This document shows, piece by piece, positions 1-10,846 of a stretch of 64,000 nucleotides of DNA. A model generated the notes under the pieces. That model saw only the letters and a program-made list of their open reading frames with translations, did no database searches and was not told the origin of the DNA. Location of the stretch: positions 1,612,001 through 1,676,000 of the forward strand of contig MU058444.1 of the NCBI GenBank assembly GCA_013265495.1, given 5' to 3'. This stretch comes from Vicugna vicugna (lineage: Eukaryota). A program made the translations under genes and the position numbers. Position 1 is the first letter of the stretch. Every line of letters begins with the position of its first letter.

Positions 1-217
1 TACGTGAGAGAAAAATAAGTTAAATTTCTTTCAGCTGTGGGATTTGAAAGGCTTTGTGGCAGCAACTGAAGTTTGGATTAAATGATTTTCTGCAAGTATT
101 TTTATATGTATTGTGCAGTGTCACATATATGACAAAACAGTGACTATGGAAGCGAATAGAACTGTGTATGCCCGAACCCCAAATACAAAGGCCCCTCCAC
201 GTGCCCTGCCTCTTGTG

Positions 218-1098
218 TGAGGAAAAGTTAAGTCTCCCAGGCCTCCCTGAGCCGTGAAAAGAGCAGATTCAAGCAGCTAATGATTAGGCCGGTGCAGCCA
301 CAGACTCAGTGTTCGGTGCACATCCCTGAGTCACTTTAATGACACTGTTAACTGCCCGCAGATGGGAAAAGCTAACTGCAACATGACCAGACTGCAGCCA
401 TGGCAAAAGCTGCTCCAGCCTGAGCAGGGCGGAATCTGTGGCTTGAATTCTAAGAATTGGACTTAAGAGAATGGGGTTAACACTATCGCTCAAAATAATC
501 TACATCTTGGTGGGAATTAAAATAATTGTAGCTTGTTCTGCCTGTATATGTAAGCAGGTAACTAAAACTGTCAGCAAAGAGATGCTTCAACCTCATGTCG
601 ATATCTTCTTTAAGACCTCGATGTCCTTTCTTAGCATCAAGCAGTTACAGAAGACCGACTTCATCCCTAATCCCATACAAATGGGGTATCTGACGGGGGG
701 GGGGCGTCTTTTGTAAGGAGCCCTTTGCAGGAAACCACCCTCAGCAGGAAATCTCCTTTGCCTTGGCACTTTAGCAAAGCTACACTGTAACTAACCTTTC
801 AATCAGGTGCTCCATGCTCTAACATCTCTGACCCTAGCACACCTTTCAGATCTTCTGGTCCCAGGTTCAGATGAAGAGGTTCAACCCCCAGACCTGACCA
901 GTCTGCACACAAGCGGTCTCTCAGGAGGGGAACTGGGCCGCCCTCAGTGGGCGACTCCGGGAAACAGACTCGCCAGAGAGCCACGAGCAGCAACGTCTTG
1001 GCCACTTGTGTCACTAAGTCCAAGCCTGCATTGCTTACCACGAGACATGCCAATAAATCGAGAGACATGTCACTGGGCCAAGGAATAGCAACTTTATT
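218..1098. mobile_element. ERV1-like/LTR remnants (possible degraded env TM region plus LTR pieces)
   Basis: GCAGTTACAGAAGA...G-run (641-704) is typical of ERV1 3' internal/LTR sequence. Env-TM-like scraps are present (QCSVHIPE; hydrophobic LKIIYILVGIKIIVACSAC). 1008-1098 resembles a minus-strand LTR end with AATAAA. Family not resolvable by eye. Confidence 0.5.
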
Positions 1099-4000
1099 AT
1101 ATCTGTTTCCACAAGCGCTTTAGGCAGAGCACCATTTTAGGTGTCTCTGGATTCTTCCGTTGAGAAGAATAAAACTGGGGGGCCCTTGACCTGCAAATAA
1201 TGTTCAGTCTGAAGATTTTTGCAACCAAATTCCACACAGGACAATGAGCATCTCCAAACTTCAGGACCAGACACTGACTGGATGCGGCCACCTGCGCCGC
1301 CATGAAGATGCAGCCGTGCTTCTCAGCCTCTGTCTGGGGCTTTCGACCCAACACAAGACCCTTTACCAAGCTCTCTGCTGAGAACCTCGGCCCCAAACAT
1401 CCCCTCCGGCGATGCAAATCAAAGTAACTTTCCCCTTAAGCAGCTATGTTCGCTGTTGGTTCATGAGACATTTAACAACGACAAATCCTTTACCAGCAAA
1501 CATATTGTGACACAGATCAGTGGTACAGAAAGACACGTCATTCATGCGGAGCAAGGTGCTGTTTAGGAGTTGAAACGGGACGGAGATGACAGTTAAAAAA
1601 GTGATGTTGGATTATGAATATCTTTTAAAAAAGAAACAAACCTTTAGCATCAGCAGTTTACTAAGCTTGTGCCTTTTACAAGGACAGCAAACTTAGGAAA
1701 ACATCAAGGGTCAAACACTCACCCAGAAAAGCTTGGTACAAGAGGAATGGAAAGCTCGTGGTTCCGAGTAGACAAGCCGGTGTTAGAAACACGTTCAGAA
1801 GCGAATCGCCCTAATGACAGAGCTCTAGCATCTTAGGCGTCTTCAGACGTAGAAAGGAGTCATAACTCCCAGGGGCCTCCCTTCTCCACTGTGAAAAGAA
1901 AAAGAGAGAAAAGAACTGCCACACAAGCTGGGACGAGTTCTTTCTTTTCCGGGGAAGAAACCGTCACCCTGAACATCTCATTGCCCTTGCGTGGCCCTAC
2001 TACTCGTGGAGGAAGGAAATGTAACTAGAAACAAAGGCAAAACTCTCTCCTGCTGTAGCTGCTTGTGATTCCACTTGACGGGAGCAATTCTCTCTGTTGC
2101 CATCCTTTCCCCTCAAGTAGTAACTATCACAAGTGGTGAGCGGGGTTAGAAATTCAACCAGGGACACAGGGGGCTTGATCTGAGCATCTCACGCCCCTGG
2201 CTCCTCGGAGTTTATTGGCCTCTTGTGTAAGAGGCAGCCATAGACTGAGGAGGTTTGGTGGTCTCTAACACGAGATCCAAAAGTGTTTTTAAGAGGAGAA
2301 AAAAAAATTAATTTTTTTTAAGAAGAGGAGAAAAAAAATATACGGGATGATTTTGTCATGAGCCAAGCTTGCGAGACATCTTCAAACACACCAATGGCTA
2401 CTCAAAACCCTTGTGTGTTGTGGTTGTACATTTTGAGTTAAAATGGAAGTTTAGAATGCACCTGCAGTGGACTGACGTGGTCTTGGTCCCGCCCTTCCAC
2501 GCCAGATGCTCGCTGGTGGAGAACAGCTGTGTGGGCAAGGGCGCGATGATGTGACGTTATCAACAGATTTCTTATTCCAGTGCCTCCTTTCTTTTGAGGA
2601 AACAGGAGACCCTTTTCTCTGTCAATGACTTAATGAAGCTTTTTGTCTCAAAGAACCATCTCCCCTCCCAGACAAACACAAAAGAAAAGAGGGGGAGAGG
2701 GGGTAAGGAGGAAGCAATGGGGTGCCCCAGGGGGAAGACACCAGGTTGGGGTGGCCCGGCCGGAGGGCCACTCCTCCTTGTCTCGCAGGCAGCTCCTGGC
2801 AGCCTTAAAAACCTGAAGTTCTTGGTTATTCTGGAGGTAATGCTTTGGAAGGCTCTGGCGATGCCGAGACTCACTTAAATTGAACCAGGTTGAGACAGCA
2901 CCCAGGTGGGTTGCACAGCCCTGTCTTCTGCTGCGCGAGGTCCTCTTGGCTCCCCAGGCAGAGATGTGGGGATGCGGGATCTCTGCTGTGGCCGCTGTCT
3001 GCTTGCAGCCCCTCGGAGCTCGCCAGTCCCCTAGCTGCGCTCCGGGGGCTGGGGCCTTAACATAACACATGGGGTGCAGTCAGCACAGCTAGCCTCGAAG
3101 ACTCTCTTTCTCTTTCGTTCTCTGATTCTTTCTTTCCTTCTGTTTTTTGGTTTCTTTCCTTCTTTCTTTCTCTTTGTCTTTCCTTCCCTCCCTCTCTCCA
3201 TTCCTCCCTCCTTCCTTCCTCACTATCTCAGCACCCACCATGTGAGCCTGGAGACTCTCCCAATGGTCTTTGCTCTCAGGTTCGCCCAGGTTCCTTCTGG
3301 CAAAACTGAAACACAGACTTCTGGGTTTTAAACTTGAAGCTGAATTTGCTGAAGAAGCTTCTGACAGCACCCTGGCTGTTGTCAGTGGGAGAGGGTGGGG
3401 TCAGGCCACAGGGCAAATCCTGCTGGTCACCCACCTGCCCCAGCTGCCAAGCATGGACAGAGATTCCTTTAGAAAGAGCCATGTGGACTTCGGTTCTGCC
3501 TGGACCTCCACCCCTGTGGCTGATGGTGTGGGTGGAGGGGAGGCCACGGGACAGTCTGAGGCAGGCGGCGCCTCCTGTCACTCGGTTACTGTCTACAAGC
3601 CACAGCCTAGAGGCCTGGCCAGGCTGGCTGCCTTGGATTCCCGGTGCAGACGGGCCGGCCCAGGGCGCCGAGGGCGAGCAGACGGCACGGAGGCCTCAGA
3701 CCCTGGCACACAGGCTGCCTCTGCCGATCCGGCTGGCGGTCTGGCCAAGCTGGCCCTCTCCCAGCGCCGTCCAGCTACGGGACTTCCTGTTCCTGGAACA
3801 TGGAAGGCACGTGCCCACCTCAGGGCCCTGCACTAGCTCCCCCTTCTGCCTGGAACGTAATTCCCCAAAGACCCACACGGATCTCTCCTTCACATCTTCG
3901 CTCTAATGTCACCTTAGTGAGCCTCCCCGATCTCCCTTTGTGGTATCGGAGCACCTCTTACCCATCTCATCCATCACCCTCGTTTACTGCTTTTTATGTT

Positions 4001-7000
4001 TTTAGAAAGCTTTGTACGTGGAAATGTTCAAACATAAAATTAGAAAGGACAGTATATACAGTCTCCTTCGTGTATCTATCATCCAACATCAATAGTTACC
4101 AACACTTCTAATCCTTCATTTTATCCATAAATACTTGTCTGTGTTTTAAAATAAGTACTTTAAAAAAAAATCACAGACACCATACCATCACCAAATTCAA
4201 CAAATCAATAGTATCGTATACTACACCAGTCCACATTCAAATGCCCCAGTTGTCTCAAAGACAGTTTGTTTCAGACATGTTTGAATAAAGGTCCAAGCAA
4301 GGTTTGAAAAAGTAACCAATTACTAGCTTTTTACCATTTATTCTAGCCTTCAAGCTTCACCAACAGTATCTTTTCATTTTGCTTCAAAAACCTGAGTGAT
4401 TGAATGTATTTCAGAGGAATTGTGAATACATATTCTGCAAAAGCCAAGGTAAAAATGAGTTCCAAATATGACCTTCCTTCAGTATCATGATTATCCAGAC
4501 TATTTACTGGAAAGCAGAGCAACAGATCATGTGCCAAGAGTCTCAATTCTTGAAAGTCCAAGGAAAAAAATATTTGTAATCCCCAGAGTGGATAGCTTCA
4601 GAGTTCATACAAATGCGCTACACTGTCAAACATATGTCAATAAAAAACTAGTCAAATACGCTCTAATCCTCTTACTAAGAAAGAACAAGATAATAATGAA
4701 TTCACAACTGGGAAACATGATTATTTCAAGAGATTAGCATGCATCCATTAAAAGACATGTACTAAATTCTTACTGTTCACGTCCAAGGTCCACAGTATGT
4801 GCTACAGCTATTCAAAGGCTATTAAAACAAAAACGTTTATTGATATTGCTTTAGACTGCAATGTCCACATAGATTTATGCGATATTGTTTAAAGGGTATT
4901 TTGATATGGACACAGAGTGGGGCAGCAGAGATGAGAAGAAAGAAAATATATTGCCCCGATTAAAAAGAGATCAAAGGTTTGGCATACTCTCTTTTTAACC
5001 AGATGCTTGATATTAGCAAAGTCGACAATTACTTGCCTCAGCATTCTTAGCTAAAATGAGTTAAAAATACTCGCCCTATTTAGTTCATAGGATGTGAGTT
5101 ATCTTTGAAAAGCAAGACTTCTCTAAAGACACCACTAACATTTTCCTCCCAAACATAGTCTTTCTGACAAGCTGTTTTCCGCCAATACAAGTGTTTCATA
5201 ACTTACTTTTTCTTTTCTTTGCAAAAATTATAGATATCCGCATTTAATTTTGAATTTTAAAAAAAAGCTCGTAAGATTGAGTTTTCAATACGTGGTAAGC
5301 TTGGTGGCTGTAAACATTGAGGGAACCGTGGCCTTCCACATTGGACTAAGGTCATTCTTTCCAGTCATGGTCACATCCAAGTGGATTTCACCACTCTCTC
5401 CACACGTTGATTGAAATTCATTGTGGTGCTCGCAGCAAGTTTAGAGACACGCACTGTCCTCATTTCAAAGTTCAGCCAACTCCTCTGCTCTTTATTGAAA
5501 TCTACAAACAGGATGGTACTGTACTTGACTTTTGAAAATACTTCCAGATAAATGTTTCTCTCTCCCCTTTTTCTTTTACAGTCAATTTTCTCTCTTCTCT
5601 TTCTCTCCTTTCCTCCCTCTTTCCTCTATTTTTCTCAAAATAGCAAACAGCTGGCTCTTCTATAGCACTCGGGGAAGAATCCTGAAGGACCTCATGGAAG
5701 ATGACTGTATCTGATGATTCTAGTGTCCTTTTCCAATTCAAGCTCTCTCTCAAGTTTTAATCATGCACCATCATGTAGGAGAATGACTTTTGTAAGCTGA
5801 GAACCTGCTATGTAACGTGGTACCGTATTTGCTTTCATTCAGCTTGAATCCATCTCTTCTTAGAGTGTGTTGAGCTCTGCAGGAAGTAGGCACAGAGACT
5901 GTCAGAATGCAGCTGGGCTCTGATTTGGGGAACCTGAACCAGGGGCTGGGCTGGAGCAGAATCCACAGTGAAGGAAAGAAAGGGCATTTGAAAAGCGAGC
6001 TTCCCAGGCTGGCTGATTCGGTGCAGGGCTGTCACCTGCTTATACAACAAATCCAGAGATCACTTCAGAAGAAACTCTGAGAAGTTTCCTTCCCTTGGTT
6101 CCATAAGTCAGACACAAAAAGTCAGTTGAGTCTCTCTGCTAGTTTCTTCTTCCTGACTTCACAAACATGATCGTCTAGGAGTTCCTCGGGTTTGGTATCA
6201 AGATTTTCCATTTGGGTAAATGCAGGTAAAGCTGTGCTGACCCTTGTAGAATCTCTTGGATTCTTCTTTGTTAGTTCATGTAGCTTTTTTTGTAGATTTG
6301 TGAGAATTTCAAAGAGCCAGATGCAGTTTTACATAAATGTTCAGTATGTTTTTTTTTTTAATTTTCTGTTTCGTTCACTTCTGCTACTGTTTGTTTCCTG
6401 TCCCCAGAGGGCCCCATGTCCAGAGCTCTTCCAGAAGAGCCTCCCATTCTGGCCTGTCCTCACGTAGACGACCCCATTCTCATGGCTTACAGATATTTGT
6501 TTAAACCTACCTAAAGATGGTGCATTAGGTATGTCATCACATGACATACGCATCCTCTAGATGGCTGGTATCATCTGGCATAACTTAAGGTATCTTCTTG
6601 GTTCCATGACATAATGATCAAGTGGCAGCTCTTTGAAAGTGCAACTTCTTGGCTTTCTAACAGTTGTCTTGCTAGAGAGAGCTGCCCACAATCAGCACCT
6701 AAACCTTCCTGCCCTTTTCTCCTGGGGAATTGAACCAAGAACCAGAAAAACAAAACATGATCCACGGACCCAGTAACTGTGCGTCCAACCTGATAGCTAA
6801 ATTCATGTTGATAATGATGGGAGACATACTGATTTGCAGAGATTTTGACCTAATAGTTTCCTTTGAGCTTTTAGTTGTTCAGTAATGGAAATACTGCCCC
6901 TGTCCAAGCATAAGGAACACGGGCTGCAGTCTCCTACCTTCCTATGGAAAGATGAGGCAGCCCCTCCCCCATCCTGTCCCCTCTCCTCTTTCCCCTCCCC

Positions 7001-8661
7001 TCCCTCTCTCCCAACCCCGTCCCCTTCCCCTTCTCTCTGCTGGGCTTACAGCTCAGACTTCCTCCCTAGGGAAGATGTGTCCTTTCTTTAAGCTGATAGA
7101 GGAAGGTTGAAGGTTCATGTTAACAGCCACGGTGGCTGGGCCATGTTTTCTCCAATGTGTTTTTGCAGAAATTCACCTTCATCTGTGGATCAGTAGATAA
7201 GGGCGGCCGTCAAGCTCAGGTGTAAGTGATGACCAGTGCTGGCTCTGATGTCAGGGAGGACAGGCCAACACACGCCACCCCTGGGCTTCTTGTGCATCTG
7301 GTTTATCATGTGAGGTGTCACTAGGGAAATGTGGTTTGGGGTTCCTGAAAATACCTTGAACCGCAGGTGTTTCCCGGCTCCATTTTCTCTTTTTGTCCCT
7401 AGGCAAGATTTTCCTCCTCTTGGGTAGGATGATAGCCAGGGTGTTGTGGTTGGCTGTTACTTTGAATTCAGGCAAATGTTTCATTATCATGGAGCAAATG
7501 TGCCAAGATGCCCACCCCTGCTCTGGAAGGCGGGACTAAGAGCACAGGGACCTGATGTCAGGTCTGGGCCCCCTGCCGGGACCCCAGGCGCATCCTTACC
7601 CTGTGTTGTACCAGCCGGTTTCCATATATGTTGTGAAAACCAAAGTGGGTCATGGACAGAACCGCCAAGTAGAACCTGGCACTCTGGGTGCTCGGTCAGT
7701 GGGGCTGCTGCAAAGATGTTTAAAGGCATTTGAGGGGCTCTAAGATGCACTGCCACGCCAGGGCATTTCCTTTTTTAACTCCAGTGCTGACTCGGAGTTT
7801 GCTGTCAGACCCATGTTCTGACCCCAGGAGGGCCAGAGGGCGGTGGAGAAGGGAAAGGAGTGTTCGTTACTTGCCTCAGGAAGGTTGTGGGCCCCTGCAG
7901 AAGGCAGCCAGGCAGTCCCCACCAGGGGTTTCCAGAGAGCTGCCTTCCTGATGCTCAGGTCTCCTTGGCCTTCCCATTCCCCCCCACCCCCGCCTTCTGA
8001 ATTCCTTCCCCACTGAGCCCTGCCCATCCCCAGACTTCTGCCTGCACAGATCTGGCCTGAACATTGCCCAGGTCACCCCAGGCTTTCAACAGGGCACATG
8101 GCCTCCTTTCCAGCTGTGATGTGTGAGTGGGGTCATGGGAAGTGCTTGCTCTGTTCAGGACCCTTTCTTTTGCAATATGTGTGATCATGCTTCTGGAGGA
8201 CCTGACATTCCCCAGAGTCAGTTATTAAAAGAGGTTAAAATCTCAAACCCTGCAGATCTTAAGTGGCTGTTGAGCTGTGATATCCACCAGCACAGGACCT
8301 TTCTTTCTCACGGTGCTGGGCACAGTCTGAGCTGGAGGTCAGAGAAGCTGCCTCCCCCAGGAGCTTCCCAGTTCCCGAGCTGGTGCATCTATTTTCTGGC
8401 CACAAAGGGAACACGCCTTGGCCCAGTGGTTCCCACCATCCCTCCCGGCCTGGTGGGCTCTTGTGCAATGTGGAGGAAGCATTTCATGGCCAGGTTTGGA
8501 GTTAGAGGAGGTTGCGAGCCCAGGCCTGGCATCTGCTCAGTCTCTGCCCTGGGTCACAGCTGACTCTGCTGCATTTGAAAGGGGGGGGGAGGGGCACCTG
8601 TTCCTCCCAGGCTTCTAGCTGAATGGGCAGTCCCCATATCATACTGGGGTGAGCATTCCCT

Positions 8662-8757
8662 TGAGAGAAACAGAGATGGAGAGAGAGAGGGAGAGAGATG
8701 GAGAGAGAGAGAGTGAGTGAGTGTGTGTGTGAGCACGCGCACGCTCGCGTGTGTGTA
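8662..8757. repeat. Compound (GA)n/(GT)n microsatellite
   Basis: gagagagaga...gtgtgtgtgt, directly upstream of the AG acceptor at 8762-8763. Confidence 0.9.
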
Positions 8758-8763
8758 AAGCAG

Positions 8764-8919
8764 ATGGCCTACTGCCAGCACATTAGGGTGGAGTTCACGT
8801 TCGTCACCCACCTAGAGCAGTGCCAAGTGCATCCAGCACAAGTTCCAGACACCCGGGATCATGCTGCCCACCAACGAGGAGAAGCCTGACCTGCAGGCCA
8901 GGCTCGTGCGGCCCACCAG
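8764..8919 (+). pseudogene. OGDH: OGDH pseudo-exon (about exon 6)
   Basis: cag|ATGGCCTACTGCCAGCAC...CCCACCAG|gtatg, 156 nt. MAYCQHIRVEFTFVTHLEQCQ, then a +1 frameshift near 8826, then CIQHKFQTPGIMLPTNEEKPDLQARLVRPTR. Confidence 0.92.
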
Positions 8920-9047
8920 GTATGGAGCGGTACTGGTCCCGTCAGCTGTTGACTGGGGTGGATGGGTCTGGGATGTGGCCGCAGCCCCATGAGAGCAACG
9001 ATGGCTCAGGTGACATGGCTCCTCAGGGTGGCTTGGTTCCCGCCCAG

Positions 9048-9196
9048 GTTTGAGGAGTTCCTGAGGCGTCTAAGTGGTCGCCTGAGAAGCACTTTGGTCT
9101 GGAAGGCTGCGAGTGGCTGACTCCCGCCCTCAAGACCAACATCGACAAGTCAGGTGAGAACGGAGTGGTCACGTGATCGTGGGGGATGCCGCACAG
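9048..9196 (+). pseudogene. OGDH: OGDH pseudo-exon (about exon 7)
   Basis: cag|GTTTGAGGAGTTCCTG...CCGCACAG|gtacc, 149 nt. [39 protein letters not shown]../GMPHR with indels near 9070 and 9170-9185. Confidence 0.92.
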
Positions 9197-9391
9197 GTAC
9201 CTGGCCGCCGCCCACCTGGCTGCCCTTCGTGCCCGGGGGTGGGTCAGTGGGAAAGCTAGGGGCCTGGCTGCCTGGTAGGCGCCCCCCTGCCCCCGGCTGA
9301 CCAGCACCACAGCATCCCCTCACCCGGCAGTCGCTGTCACACCCAAGGCCGTAAGTGGTTTCAGACAAGCATTTTGGGTTTCAGACTGGGC

Positions 9392-9885
9392 ATCTTTCTT
9401 CCCGAGACTATGCCCACTGTTCTCGGGAGAGCAGTCGGAGATATTCAAAACTCACGTGTAGAAGTCCATCTCTCCAGATTCTTTCCTACTAACCTCCTAA
9501 TTTTTTCTGCAAGCATGGATTCCCTCCACAGACAAGCACTAATTCAGCAACTCTCGCGTGATTAGCTTTTCTCACAAGTGGGTCCGCAAATCTCTGGAGA
9601 GTGTCCCTCTCTCGCGAGACTAAGTCCACTGCTTTGGGGAGCATAATTCAAATTACTGCAAATCGAATCTCTTCTTAAGATGAGTGAAGAAACCCATCCA
9701 TCGCCAGATCTTTCCTACTGCACTCCGGAGACTAATTTTTTCTGTGAATATGGATTCCCTTTTCAAGTAAGGAAGTCACACATCCACTCTCGCATGATTA
9801 CCCCCTTAGCCTCGCAGTGAAGTCCGCAAACCTCGCGAGATTTTCCCTTCATTTCGCGAGACTAAGCCCACTGCGTCTGGGTCAC
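9392..9885. repeat. Diverged tandem repeat, ~2.1 units of 212-242 bp (satellite-like)
   Basis: Anchor CGAGACTA(T/A)G(C/T)CCACTG at 9403, 9615 and 9857. Internal blocks shared in order: CCAGAT-TCTTTCCTACT, CTAATTTTTTCTG, ATGGATTCCCT, ACTCTCGC(G/A)TGATTA, GTCCGCAAA. Confidence 0.85.
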
Positions 9886-10207
9886 AGCTGAGGGAGGTTA
9901 ACGTAGACGGAAGGCTGCTCGGTGATGCGGAGTAGAGACCTGGGCTTGAGGGAGGCAATGGAGGCTGGGACTGGAGCGGTCCCCAAAGGCTGCCGGCGTT
10001 TCTCCGGTTTCTGTCTCTCTTCGTCTCACCCCCGTCATGACCTCGTGTGCCCGGCAGGCGGAGGCTGACTCCCACGTCAGCTCTGGTCTCAGCTCCTCTC
10101 GGGCTGCAGACTGAGGTGCTGCCTTGTCCCTCAGCGGGGAAAGGCGGGGAGACAGCATTGCCTGCTGCCCGGGGTGCAGCACTGCCTGTTCACCCCGGTG
10201 TGTCCCG

Positions 10208-10298
10208 GGGGCGGCTGAGCGTGCTTGCAAATGTCATCAGGTAGGAGCTGGAACAGATTTTCTGCCAGTTCGACTCAAAGCTCGAGGCAGCTGATGAG
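10208..10298 (+). pseudogene. OGDH: OGDH pseudo-exon (about exon 8)
   Basis: 91 nt, [29 protein letters not shown]|gtgag. TAG at 10242-10244 replaces Lys. The AG acceptor is lost (tgtcccg|g). Confidence 0.95.
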
Positions 10299-10668
10299 GT
10301 GAGACACCTGATTTCTTTTAGAAACTGAGAGCATAGTCCCAGCGCACACCAGTCCCTGGCGCCACCTGCTTGTCGGGAAACACTTCCCAGGGCCTGGAAT
10401 CTTCCACATTCAGAAAAGAGGCCAGTGGCGACCTCTTGGAGAAAAGGGAAGCCAGAGGCCTGGCAGCCCCCACGGTCCTCCCTGCTGGGGATGGGCACGT
10501 GTCTCTCTGATTGAGGGACCTCCCTGTGCCCTCAGTGGGAACCATTCTGGGAAAAGCCTTCCCATCCTTCTAGGAATGGGGTTTCTGGGAATAGGAATCA
10601 CACAGGACAGCGCTGTTGTAAAGAGTAAGCATCTCCCTGCCTGGGATAAAGACTCACTGTGCTCTCAG

Positions 10669-10846
10669 GGTTTGGAGACGTGAAGTACTACCTGGTCATG
10701 AATCATCGGTGAATCAACCATGTGACCTACTGGAACATCACCCTGTCACTGGTGGTGAGCCCTTCCCACCTCGAGGCCTCCGATCCCATGGGGACGGGCA
10801 AGACCAAAGCTGAGCAGTTTTACTGTGGGGACACTAAGGGGGAAAG
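10669..10846 (+). pseudogene. OGDH: OGDH pseudo-exon (about exon 9)
   Basis: cag|...[55 protein letters not shown]...|gtaag, 178 nt. TGA at 10710-10712. Confidence 0.95.

Noticed and set aside
1097..1417. 106-aa minus-strand ORF with protein-like look
   Set aside because: Non-ATG start, no family I recognise, no supporting exon chain, and it ends at an LTR fragment.
2369..2554. RDIFKHTNG...HARCSLVE resembling OGDH exon 3 (WDIFFRNTNAG...HAQSLVE)
   Set aside because: Motif spacing is wrong, there are no fitting splice sites, and similarity is far lower than in the five accepted pseudo-exons.
3270..4111. Overlapping 155-190 aa ORFs
   Set aside because: GC-rich sequence with ORFs in several frames and both strands, low-complexity P/A/G/R composition and no domain. 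Consistent with chance.
9392..9885. CRISPR-like reading of the recurring 17-nt anchor
   Set aside because: The intervening sequences are homologous to each other and about 200 nt long, in a mammalian context with no cas genes. It is a tandem repeat.
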